Assembly (NCBI GenBank): GCA_946408655.1
Contig: CAMJTE010000002.1
Coordinates: forward strand, 1 to 44,551
Source: an uncultured Bacillales bacterium
GTDB lineage: Bacteria > Bacillota_I > Bacilli_A > RF39 > UBA660
DNA length: 44,551 nt
Reading direction: 5' to 3'
Of the stretch, positions 1 through 9,529 are shown one piece after another. Each line of letters starts with the position of its first letter. Position 1 is the first letter of the stretch. Under the pieces are notes generated by a model. It worked only from the letters and a program-made list of their open reading frames with translations, ran no database searches and was not told the origin of the DNA. Made by a program: the position numbers and the translations under genes.

Positions 1-97
1 TCCTATGATAGCATATGCTGAATACCATCATCAGTCAAAAGATTGAACACAGCCTATGCAATAAAAAGGGCTCTATCATCTAATCCGGTGATAATAT

Positions 98-135
98 AAA
101 AGGCGGTAAAAACTTTGAAAATTTTTACCGCCTTT
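98..135. terminator. Rho-independent terminator hairpin (bidirectional-looking)
   Basis: AAAGGCGGTAAAAA (98-111) pairs with TTTTTACCGCCTTT (121-134). The stem has a GC core GGCGG/CCGCC, with an A-run 5' and a T-run 3'. Confidence 0.7.
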
Positions 136-182
136 TATGTGCCTGTTTAGATATATCAACTGAACTGTAACGAAAATTTGCG

Positions 183-209
183 AAAAAAATAGAATTTTCT
201 TGTATTATT
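183..209. repeat. Left copy of the 27-bp target-site duplication flanking the IS
   Basis: AAAAAAATAGAATTTTCTTGTATTATT is identical to 1977-2003. The flanking bases differ on both sides (g182/c1976, t210/a2004). Confidence 0.9.
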
Positions 210-1976
210 TGTGATTTATATTTTAAAATGTTCTATTTTTTAAATAGTATTTATAAGTTAAAATGTCCTATTTAAAATAGGTTATATATATTTAAAAAAG
301 TATTTTTAAATAGAAATGTCCTCTTGAAATATGTTTAATATAAATATATACTATTCTTGTTACTTAAAGGGCAAGGCAACGCTGAGGAGCGACCTGAGTG
401 TTAAGTAATGATTAAACGAAAAGGAAGTCATAGTACTTCTTTTTACTTTACTTCCTTTTTCGGTAATCCTATTCGATAAACCTTGGGGATTGGGGCAAAG
501 CCCCAATCTATCTAATTTTAAATTTTCTCCAAGGATTATCTGGATTAGTCTTAAATCCGTGCTTAGATGCGTTTTGATTATTAGTTTCTGGTTGTTCTAT
601 TAATAGTAATGAGTAAATATCATCATCAATAATTCCATATAACTTATTATCATATGCATTGACAACAGTACATTTTGTTCCACTTTTAAATGATACAACT
701 TCACCGGCTTGTTCATTAATAGGCATATAATAATTATTAAAATACTTAATCGATGAAGCATTATCTATTGTTCTTTCAAGTCTAATAGAAATAATTAAGT
801 TTAATTCTTCATCGCTATAACTACTTTGTTTCATAACATTTTAATTTGGATTTATTTCATAAGAAAATCTTTTGTTTATTTTAGGAATAAAAATTTCATT
901 TAAATATTTATTAGCTTCGTCAATATCAGTAATACCTTCATGCCTTAATTCAGCTTTTAATCTCCTCTTAAATGTGCCGTTTTCCCGCTCGGCATTAGGT
1001 TTAAATAATGGATCACTACAGCAGACTAAATTGATTTTTAAATCTTCACACATCCTTTTAAATTGTGTTACATTAAGCTTTGATTTAGAACTTTTAGCAT
1101 TATTAATAGAAAATGAACTTCTTTTGTCTGTTTTTACTTTTTCTGGGATTCCAAAGTTTATAATCATATTCATTAATACAACCATATATGCACTAGTTGT
1201 TTCTTCATAGTCAAACCAACCAGACAATACTTTTTTAGTTGCTTTATCAACTGATAAATGCAATGCACTCTCTTTAGTTCCAAACCAAATCCAAAAGGCA
1301 GCATCCATCTGTACTTCTTGACCAAATGAATAATGCAAAGTTGATTTTCTAATATGTTTTTCAAATTGTTCTTGTTTTCGTTGCTCAAATAATTGTTCTT
1401 GTTCTATAGTGATAGATTTTTCTCGAATTGCTTTTTTCATATTCTCGTTGTATAATCTAACTGTTTTGTGTTGGGCATAAGGCGAAATAATTTCGTTGGT
1501 TATAAATATATTTATCATTGTTGAAAATGAAATACCATATTTATAGCCATGCTCTTCATAAAAATGAGTAAAACCATAATCTGAAAAATCATTTAAATAT
1601 GTTTCAATAATCCTATTTGATATATCATTTGGGATTTTTTTATTGTTACTAGGTTTATTAGAATTTTTATGTACAAAAGCTTCTTCTCCTATATTTTTAT
1701 ATTTAACAATAAGTCTTCGGACTTGTCTATCTGTTATCTCTAATTTTAATGAAGCTTCTTTTTGAGTTATTTCTTTAGCTATAACTTTTTTTATGATTTT
1801 ACTATATAGTTCCTTATCACTTAATTTTGCCATAATTAAAATACACCTTCTTTCCAGAAAAGTGTATTTTAGGACATTTTAACTTATAAATCAATTTTTT
1901 TACTAAATTTATTTTAATAGGACATTTCTACTTGTAAATTGTCTCAAAAAAGTGGACATTTTAACTTAAAAGTCAC
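210..1976 (-). mobile_element. IS1202-like (ISNCY family) insertion sequence, ~1.77 kb
   Basis: The element is bounded by a perfect 27-bp direct repeat. Its termini are imperfect inverted repeats (GTGATTTATATTTTAAAATGTTC at 211 versus the reverse complement of ...GGACATTTTAACTTAAAAGTCAC ending at 1976). AAATGTYCT occurs three times at the left end (226-234, 261-269, 314-322) and its complement three times at the right end (1871-1879, 1919-1927, 1954-1961), including an 18-bp perfect inverted pair (252-269 / 1871-1888). It encodes an HTH plus DDE/rve-type transposase. The size and the 27-bp duplication match the original description of IS1202. Confidence 0.8.
508..1833 (-). pseudogene. ISNCY/IS1202-type transposase interrupted by one in-frame TAA
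   Basis: ORFs 841-1833 (330 aa; N-terminal HTH 'ITQKEASLKLEITDRQVRRLIVKYK' plus integrase-core-like region) and 508-834 (108 aa) are in the same frame. They are separated only by a TAA at 843-841 and two codons. Together they give ~440 aa, the usual size for this family. Confidence 0.75.
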
Positions 1977-2003
1977 AAAAAAATAGAATTTTCTTGTATT
2001 ATT
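1977..2003. repeat. Right copy of the 27-bp target-site duplication
   Basis: Identical to 183-209. It contains the -35 box of the rpsU promoter. Confidence 0.9.
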
Positions 2004-2022
2004 AATCCTTTTTTGTTATAAT
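1994..2022 (+). promoter_or_regulatory. Sigma-A-type promoter of rpsU
   Basis: TTGTAT (1994-1999), a 17-bp spacer, then a perfect TATAAT (2017-2022), about 30 nt upstream of the rpsU start. Confidence 0.6.
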
Positions 2023-2051
2023 ACTTCTAGTTCGTGAAAGGAGGGATTTTA

Positions 2052-2246
2052 ATGGATAAGGTATTAGTAAGAAATGGTGACGTTGATGGTGCGTTACGTA
2101 ATATGCGTCGTAAGAATGCTAGAGAAGGCCTCCTAAAAAAAGTTCGTGAGAAAAACGAAGGTTATAAAAAACCAGGAGTTAGAAGAAGAGAAAAGAAAGC
2201 TGAAGGAATTAAGAATACAAGAAAAAGAGAAAGAAATCGTTATTAG
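2052..2246 (+). CDS. rpsU: 30S ribosomal protein S21
   Basis: The 64-aa basic protein MDKVLVRNGDVDGALRNMRRKNAREGLL...KKPGVRRREKK matches the S21 pattern. The SD AAAGGAGGG (2037-2045) lies 6 nt before ATG 2052, so the GTG at 2034 in the ORF track is probably an artefactual extension. Confidence 0.9.
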   Translation: MDKVLVRNGDVDGALRNMRRKNAREGLLKKVREKNEGYKKPGVRRREKKAEGIKNTRKRERNRY

Positions 2247-2267
2247 TTTTAATCGAGTTCTTTTTTT
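2232..2267 (+). terminator. Probable rpsU terminator
   Basis: AGAAATCG (2232-2239) pairs 7 of 8 with CGAGTTCT (2254-2261), followed by a T7 run. The stop codon lies in the loop. Confidence 0.45.
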
Positions 2268-2268
2268 G

Positions 2269-2290
2269 TATAATAGGAAATTGATACTTT
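2269..2290 (+). repeat. 22-nt exact repeat TATAATAGGAAATTGATACTTT (copy 1)
   Basis: Identical to 44504-44525. Both copies directly follow a terminator T-run, and both begin with a perfect TATAAT. Confidence 0.85.
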
Positions 2291-2314
2291 TTGCTCTGGA
2301 ATAATTACATTGAA

Positions 2315-2346
2315 GATTGTTTCAAATATTTAGTACTTGAAACAAT
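2315..2346 (+). promoter_or_regulatory. 10-bp perfect inverted repeat in the leader of the giant operon
   Basis: ATTGTTTCAA (2315-2324) and TTGAAACAAT (2337-2346) are separated by a 12-nt loop. No T-run follows. This could be an operator or an RNA hairpin. Confidence 0.3.
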
Positions 2347-2509
2347 GTATAAACTATATGGATTTACAATAAATATTCCAACTTAGTAAGTTAATTCGAA
2401 GAATGATTTATGCAATAGAATTGACTTGTTTTAATTTTTTTAAATCATTTACAAATAATGTAAAATATGTTATCATTTACATGTTAGAATAAGTTGGAGG
2501 TATATTGTT

Positions 2510-5500
2510 ATGCGTAGAGATAAAATTAAAGTATTAATAATTGCTATTATTATTTTGACTTTTATTACTTTATTATTTTTGTTTGGTTTGAAAGTTTATA
2601 ATGAAAGTTTTAAAAATTTTAAATTAAATGGATATATAATTGCGAATAAAAATAATTATAAAACTGATAGATATTATTTTAATAAGGACCAAAAGTATAA
2701 AAAGACGGCTAATAAAAACGTTGTTTTTAAAACTACTAATAAAACTTCAGTGTCTGTTGATGATAATTCTTTTGTTCATTATAGTAATAATTCTATTTCT
2801 ACACTTAAGAAAGCTGCTATTTTAGATTTAGATAATATAAATGATACTACTATAAAGTATTATAATTTGTATGAAGGTAGCGTATTGAATAAAGTAAATG
2901 ATAAATATAGTTTTACCAACTTAGGGAAAAAGATTTCTTTGGGGAATATCGTTATTAAGATTAGTAAAGAAAAATATTTAGTTGCTGCTCCTGTTTTAAA
3001 ATTAAATATCGGAGATGAACAAAAGGAGATAAAGGACAGTTATATTGAAATTACTTTTTTTGATGGTAATATTGTTAAAATTGAAAATCAAGAAGAATCG
3101 TATAAAAATATTCAAAGTAATATTTTAATTGAGATTGGAGATATTACAATAAATTTAAACAATAAAGAAATATCTAAAAGTGGTGAAGTAAAACTAAATT
3201 TAGAGCAAATAACTATCGATTCAGATGATAATATTGATATATCTGAGAAAGAAAATCAAGATGTTGAAGAAGCGACTGTAAATAGTACTGAAAATAAAAC
3301 TAGTAACACGGATAATAATAGAAATGCTATTGATATACCTAATGTTGAAAAAGATACAATAGAATCTTATGATACATCTGAGATTATAATTAATAATAAA
3401 AAATATAAAGACCCAGTATTTACAATTGAAAAATTAGATGTTGGAATTAATTCAATTGATAGTTTAATTACTGTTGATGATCCAGACAATTTATTAAAGG
3501 GGAATATCTATATTAATGTTTATAATTCGGAGACCAGTGAGAAGATTTATGAATATAAACAAGGTAATGAAATAAGTAATATTAGTGTTAAATTAAATAC
3601 TTTGAATTATAACACTAATTATATACTTGTTGTAAGTGCAGATTATGAAAAAGGAGATATTACATATAATAAAGATTTTATTCAAAAGACATTCACTACA
3701 TCTGATTTAGGAATTAGTATTACTAAGAATTATATTACAAAGGATTCTATTTCTCTTAATTTTGAGAAGGGGACATATTCTAGCGTGGATAGTTTTACTT
3801 TAAAACTATGTGATGATAAAAATGAATGCACTTCAAATGATGTTGATATAAATAATTCTAGTGAGTTAGTTTTTAATGGATTAAAAGAAAATACCAAGTA
3901 TTCAGTTTCTATTGATAGGGTTACAACATCTGCTTCAGGAATATCAACAACACTAGAAGCAGAATTTGATAAATATACATATAGTACACTTAAGAAAACT
4001 CCAAGCATTGAAAAAATAGATGTTTCAATAAATAAAAAGAATAATATTTTTACTTTAACGCCAGTGGGAGTGATAGATCCTGATGGCGCGATAAAAAGCT
4101 ATCAATATGAAATATATGAGGTAGTTGCTGGAGAATTACAATCTACACCGACTAAAAAAATAGAGAAAAAAGATAATAAATCATTTGATGTAGAAGTTTC
4201 ATCAAGTGGGGTATTGAATACTCTAAAAAGAAATACTGAGTATAAATGTTATTTGACTGTTGTTTATAATGACAATACAAAAGACATTTATATGGAACCT
4301 CTATATACAACCCTATATATGGGGGGAAATGAGTACCCTAGTGTTGACTTTGAAGAAACAGGTAATGGTATTACATTTGAATCGGTTAATGGGTTTATTA
4401 AAGTAAATGATGTTTCACATGCTATTCGCTCAAATTCTTTAATAGTCGAATATTCGTCAAGAAGCTCCTCTATAGGTGGTAGAGTCGTATATAGTGATTT
4501 TACTCCTGGAGATACAAGTATTAATATACCAATAAATATAACTGGATTGAAAAGCAATGAATCATATAGTTTTAAAGTTATATCAAATAATATTGAATTA
4601 GGGGATATTAATTCAACAATTAGTAATAATGAAACTGATCAGTATGTTGAACTTAAGAACTTTAATATAACTACCAAGACACCTAATAAAATAAAAGTAA
4701 ATGTTAATCAGAATGATTCTTTGGGAAACTTTTTCTCATTAAACATGAAATTCGATGACAAAGAAATTCTTGAATTAAATACATTAAGTATTTTAAAACT
4801 TTCGTTTTCTCAACAACCGGATTTTAGTGAAAACAATAATAATGAATTGGTTGAAATTGAATACAAAGATAGTAATAATAATATATATGAAAGTAATATT
4901 TCAAGTTGTTTTATTTCAAACACTAATTGTAATGATATACCTTTAAATGAAAGTTTTAATTTAACTTCATCTAGCCTAGGGTTAGACAGATTTGATTTTA
5001 ACGGAAATATATTTATGAAAATAGAAGGTGTTGATTATGCTGGTAATGTAATTGATTTTTCAATTGTAAATAACGGAGTAAATACTAATACTAATATTTT
5101 TAAAATTAACACTATTGATTCATTAAAACCTCCTACAAATACAGCTGATTCATTGATGATAGAAAGTATTACTAAGCAAAATGCAGTGGCACTTGACAAT
5201 AAAGTTTATAGTGATAGAATGTTGGATGATACAGTTGTTGGCTTTGCTGTTTATCCAAGAAGTTATTTTAATTCTGGAAATTCTTATAGAAATTATAAAG
5301 TAAAAATGTATTATGATTTATATAAGACAACGTATAATGAAACTAAGAAAAGATATGAGTGTATAAAGGATGATGGTTTGCTTATAAAAAAATATGAATA
5401 TGGTTTAGTTGATAATCCAAAAGATGCAAAACAGAAAATGTATTTTGATGATGTTCAATATAAAAGAGGAAATTACTATTGCATAAATTGGTATGCAGAA

Positions 5501-7819
5501 TTAATTGATCCTAATGATTCATCAAACGTTATTAGGTATGGATTTGATAATTTTTATACATCAAAAGTATTTGTAGCTGATTTACAGAAACCAATAATTA
5601 ATATGTATTTGGAAAATTCAAATAACGCTACTACATATTGGAAATATAAATATGATGATTTTGATAATTCACTAAAAAACATTGTGTTTGATAATTTAAA
5701 TAGAGTAGAGATTGAAAAAAATAGTGTTATTGAAAATGATAACTATGGAAAACAGTTAGAAGTTGCTCTTATACCCGGAGCTAAGACCGATATTTCATAT
5801 GATTATTACAGTAACTCTAATACATTGAAAAACGAATTATTAATGCAATATACTTTTGATGGAGAGAAAAATTATAATTGGAATGAAATATTAAAAGTAA
5901 AACTTGATAATGAAGAAGGTAATGTAAAAGTGTATTTTGATAATATTGATAACGTAGATAAAATCATATCTGATGTTGAAAACTTTTCGTTAACTTTTAG
6001 CAACAATGATATTTCTAAAAAAATTAAGTTTAATGAGTTTTCTACTATTAAAATTGATAATAAATTCTATAGGGGTGTTGTAATTGATTTATTGGATTTG
6101 GTAAAAGTAGGCTTAACAAATAAAGATGTAAAGGTTAATTTAAATATAAAATATGATAGTGGAATATCTGGATATGGGCTGCTTAATGAAGATACTGAAA
6201 TTGATTTAAAAGCTTATAAAAATGGATTAAATACTGGATATTATAAGTATAATAATAATCTTGAATATAATCAGTTTTTAATGAACAACTCATTTATTCC
6301 TCTTGCTAATTATTCAGTATTAAATGATACAATCAGCTTTAAACTAAAATATAATGAAACAGTGTTTAATAATACATTTAGTGTTAGTAATGGATGTGTC
6401 GGAATAGAAAATGATACGTGTATTTATCCATCTAAGATTGTATCTGCTAATTCACAATTATCAACAATAAGATTTGATTCTGCACCTATAGTTGTTAAAT
6501 TAATTGATGATGATATAGGTGTATATACAAGTGAATTGTCATTTGATACATATGGTATTGAGAAAATATCGAGTGATAGAATTAAGATTACTGTATTAAA
6601 AGATGGAGTGGATATTACTAATAGTCTTTCTGTAAGTGCAGATAATAATAAGCTTAAAATAAGTGGTTTAACAAATAATACTGATTATCAAGTAAATATA
6701 AAATATAAAGATGATAGTAATAATTACATATCTGTTAAATGTATTGATAGAGAACAAACTGAGGTAAATAATTTTTCATTTACTACACCAGAGACAATTA
6801 AAGTTACTGATTTTGAATTAAAATATAATGGAGGTAATTCATATAGCGAACATTACTTCAATGCAACATACACTCTTAATTCAATACAAGATATTGATTA
6901 TATCCAATATTGGTTATGTGATAATAATGGGGATAATTGCATAAAACTAAATCTAAATAATACTGAAACAAATAAGAAAAGTAATTTCACTGCAAAAGAT
7001 AATACTGATGAATTTAGTGCATATTATCTAGGTAATGACGGAAATAAAAAAGGCATTGATGTGAGTGGTAGATATACTTTAAAAATAACTCCAAAATATA
7101 ATGATAATGTTACAATTACATCCATTCCTTCGTATTTTGAAATTGGAACAATAGAACAATTGAAATTACCGGTTACTGATTTTACTATTTCAACTATTAT
7201 TGATAACAATACTAGATATAATAGAATGCATTTCTTTATAAGCGATATAGATAGAGTAGTTGTAGATGATAAGTGTATATTTACTTATTATGATAATAGT
7301 ATTCCAGTTTATGAAGAAGAACAAAATATTTTATCTGAAGATATAGTATTCAATATATCTAGCGGTAGTGATAGAATAGTTGCACAAAAAAATCATAAGT
7401 ATTCATTTACGGTAAAATGTGACGTTGATATGTTAAATAATGGTATTAGTAGAACAGTTACTTATAGCTCTAAAGATATTGTTTTAAATAATTCAAATGT
7501 TGATTTAGGAAACATTGAAATACATAGATCACAGAATTCTGATACAAAATTTGAACTAAGATTTTATGATAGTATTAATTTAAATGAATTATCAACTATG
7601 AATTATAGTATATATGTTAAATCGGGTAATCATTCATATACAAAAAAAGGATATCCAATAGCTGATAAATTAGTGTTTGTACCAAGTGGTAATTATTATA
7701 AATTAGAATTACCATATGATACATTGATTGTGAGTGATGCAACTTATTTATTTCAAATGTCATTTAAAGATATAAATAATGAAACAGTTGATTATAATAC
7801 AATAAAATGGAATTCGTAG
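2510..7819 (+). CDS. Giant membrane-anchored surface protein (1769 aa) with N-terminal signal-anchor, ~200-aa juxtamembrane module, polar linker and FN3-like repeat array
   Basis: SD GGAGG (2496-2500). The N-terminus RRDKIK plus the hydrophobic helix VLIIAIIILTFITLLFLFGL indicates an N-in anchor. A low-complexity D/E/N/S/T linker lies at ~3215-3365. FN3-like strand motifs recur (LNYNTNYILVVSADY, GLKENTKYSVSI, LKRNTEYKCYLTVVY, GLKSNESYSFKVI, GLTNNTDYQVNIKY). There is no LPXTG motif or C-terminal TM. Confidence 0.85.
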   Translation: MRRDKIKVLIIAIIILTFITLLFLFGLKVYNESFKNFKLNGYIIANKNNYKTDRYYFNKDQKYKKTANKNVVFKTTNKTSVSVDDNSFVHYSNNSISTLKKAAILDLDNINDTTIKYYNLYEGSVLNKVNDKYSFTNLGKKISLGNIVIKISKEKYLVAAPVLKLNIGDEQKEIKDSYIEITFFDGNIVKIENQEESYKNIQSNILIEIGDITINLNNKEISKSGEVKLNLEQITIDSDDNIDISEKENQDVEEATVNSTENKTSNTDNNRNAIDIPNVEKDTIESYDTSEIIINNKKYKDPVFTIEKLDVGINSIDSLITVDDPDNLLKGNIYINVYNSETSEKIYEYKQGNEISNISVKLNTLNYNTNYILVVSADYEKGDITYNKDFIQKTFTTSDLGISITKNYITKDSISLNFEKGTYSSVDSFTLKLCDDKNECTSNDVDINNSSELVFNGLKENTKYSVSIDRVTTSASGISTTLEAEFDKYTYSTLKKTPSIEKIDVSINKKNNIFTLTPVGVIDPDGAIKSYQYEIYEVVAGELQSTPTKKIEKKDNKSFDVEVSSSGVLNTLKRNTEYKCYLTVVYNDNTKDIYMEPLYTTLYMGGNEYPSVDFEETGNGITFESVNGFIKVNDVSHAIRSNSLIVEYSSRSSSIGGRVVYSDFTPGDTSINIPINITGLKSNESYSFKVISNNIELGDINSTISNNETDQYVELKNFNITTKTPNKIKVNVNQNDSLGNFFSLNMKFDDKEILELNTLSILKLSFSQQPDFSENNNNELVEIEYKDSNNNIYESNISSCFISNTNCNDIPLNESFNLTSSSLGLDRFDFNGNIFMKIEGVDYAGNVIDFSIVNNGVNTNTNIFKINTIDSLKPPTNTADSLMIESITKQNAVALDNKVYSDRMLDDTVVGFAVYPRSYFNSGNSYRNYKVKMYYDLYKTTYNETKKRYECIKDDGLLIKKYEYGLVDNPKDAKQKMYFDDVQYKRGNYYCINWYAELIDPNDSSNVIRYGFDNFYTSKVFVADLQKPIINMYLENSNNATTYWKYKYDDFDNSLKNIVFDNLNRVEIEKNSVIENDNYGKQLEVALIPGAKTDISYDYYSNSNTLKNELLMQYTFDGEKNYNWNEILKVKLDNEEGNVKVYFDNIDNVDKIISDVENFSLTFSNNDISKKIKFNEFSTIKIDNKFYRGVVIDLLDLVKVGLTNKDVKVNLNIKYDSGISGYGLLNEDTEIDLKAYKNGLNTGYYKYNNNLEYNQFLMNNSFIPLANYSVLNDTISFKLKYNETVFNNTFSVSNGCVGIENDTCIYPSKIVSANSQLSTIRFDSAPIVVKLIDDDIGVYTSELSFDTYGIEKISSDRIKITVLKDGVDITNSLSVSADNNKLKISGLTNNTDYQVNIKYKDDSNNYISVKCIDREQTEVNNFSFTTPETIKVTDFELKYNGGNSYSEHYFNATYTLNSIQDIDYIQYWLCDNNGDNCIKLNLNNTETNKKSNFTAKDNTDEFSAYYLGNDGNKKGIDVSGRYTLKITPKYNDNVTITSIPSYFEIGTIEQLKLPVTDFTISTIIDNNTRYNRMHFFISDIDRVVVDDKCIFTYYDNSIPVYEEEQNILSEDIVFNISSGSDRIVAQKNHKYSFTVKCDVDMLNNGISRTVTYSSKDIVLNNSNVDLGNIEIHRSQNSDTKFELRFYDSINLNELSTMNYSIYVKSGNHSYTKKGYPIADKLVFVPSGNYYKLELPYDTLIVSDATYLFQMSFKDINNETVDYNTIKWNS

Positions 7820-7828
7820 GAGGGAATA

Positions 7829-9265
7829 ATGAGAAAATTAGGCAAAAAAAATCAAATATTGTTTATTATTCTTTCCTTGATTACTGTTTTTATGATTGCA
7901 ATCTTTATATATGTAATCATGCTTATGTTAAGAAAAGGTAATAATATATATGAATTAAAGAAAAACAGTTACTTATATAATTCTGATTATGAGATTATAG
8001 AGGTTCAAGGTAGTTTAAAATTAAAAAAGAGTTTTGATGGTAATTACTATTTAAAAGATAATCGTAAAAGTACAAAGATTGGTAAGAATGTTATACTAGA
8101 TAATTATGGTAATCATAGACTATATCTATATGGAATTTTATATCAAGTTTTTACAGATGGATCGATAGAAAAATTATCTAATGAAAATAAAGTATTAAAA
8201 ACGCCACCAACTAAATTCTTTAAACTAGGTGATAGAAAATACCTGATGGTTGATGATAATATTTCTTCATCAGATTCTTCTATTAAAACATCTGGATATT
8301 TAATTGTAGAGATTAATAAAGAAGGAAATGCAACACTTGTTAATGATAAAATGAATATTAAAACTATTAATCCAATTATTTTATATGGTAGTACTTTTGA
8401 TTTTGATATCGCTAATGAAAAATTGATTTATCATAATCAAGAGATTGATTTAAAAAATATTATTGGTAGTAGTAATAAGTATAAAAAAGAAACTAAAAAA
8501 GATGAAAAAAAAGAAACTGATAATAAAACTAGTACTACAGATAATACAAATTCTTCAAATCAAAATACTAGCGATTATTATGAACAGTATTTAAAAGATG
8601 TTATTAATAGTTATAATAATTTATATAATAGTGTAGCTAACATAAATGACTCAGTTGCGACTAAGGTAAATAAAGGAGATATTTACTATGAGTTTAGTAA
8701 ATGGGCTGTTATGAAGAATGTTTTAGTATCTAGTACATCTATTACTATTAATTATAATATATATGATCCTAACGATGAATATAGTAGTGTATTTGTATAC
8801 GTTACAGATAAAAAGAATTATGATAAAAGAGTTGAATTAAATGAAAATGCTACTAGCATGAGTATTACGAACCTTGATCCGAATGAAAGATATGTTATTA
8901 ATTTTGGTTATGTTCTTTCAGAAGATGGAAGGGAAGAAGTTATTGATGTTTCAACTGTGACAACAAAGAGTCCTAAAATTGAACTTAAAATTACTAAAGT
9001 TATGAAAAATAAAGTATACTATATTATTAATATGGATGATAAATTTGCTTTATTAAATAGTGATTTAGTACTATATAATCGTAATAGTAATGAGATGATA
9101 AAAAAAGAGAATATTGATAATATTACAAAAGGGTATAATGGTGTTATTGAATATGATAGTGATATTAATCCAAATATTCAACTAAAATTAGAAAATATGT
9201 GCTATAATATAAGTGATAACAAATGTATAGGATATCTAACTGTTAATGTTAGTGATGCATTATAG
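7829..9265 (+). CDS. Membrane-anchored surface protein (478 aa) with the same architecture in miniature
   Basis: SD AGGAGGG lies 9 nt after the previous stop. The N-terminal anchor is ILFIILSLITVFMIAIFIYVIMLML, and a K/E/T/N-rich linker lies at ~8474-8573. An FN3-like motif is present (ITNLDPNERYVINFGYVL). Confidence 0.8.
   Translation: MRKLGKKNQILFIILSLITVFMIAIFIYVIMLMLRKGNNIYELKKNSYLYNSDYEIIEVQGSLKLKKSFDGNYYLKDNRKSTKIGKNVILDNYGNHRLYLYGILYQVFTDGSIEKLSNENKVLKTPPTKFFKLGDRKYLMVDDNISSSDSSIKTSGYLIVEINKEGNATLVNDKMNIKTINPIILYGSTFDFDIANEKLIYHNQEIDLKNIIGSSNKYKKETKKDEKKETDNKTSTTDNTNSSNQNTSDYYEQYLKDVINSYNNLYNSVANINDSVATKVNKGDIYYEFSKWAVMKNVLVSSTSITINYNIYDPNDEYSSVFVYVTDKKNYDKRVELNENATSMSITNLDPNERYVINFGYVLSEDGREEVIDVSTVTTKSPKIELKITKVMKNKVYYIINMDDKFALLNSDLVLYNRNSNEMIKKENIDNITKGYNGVIEYDSDINPNIQLKLENMCYNISDNKCIGYLTVNVSDAL

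Positions 9266-9528
<263 letters not shown>

Positions 9529-9529
<1 letters not shown>

Noticed and set aside
1-97. The first ~100 nt before the terminator as a riboswitch, T-box or other known RNA
   Set aside because: I could not match any conserved riboswitch or T-box core sequence. It may simply be the 3' end of a gene truncated by the window edge.
872-1388. ORFs 872-1210 (+) and 1173-1388 (-) inside the IS
   Set aside because: Both overlap the transposase reading frame, which has clear family features. Neither has a start context or a motif of its own.
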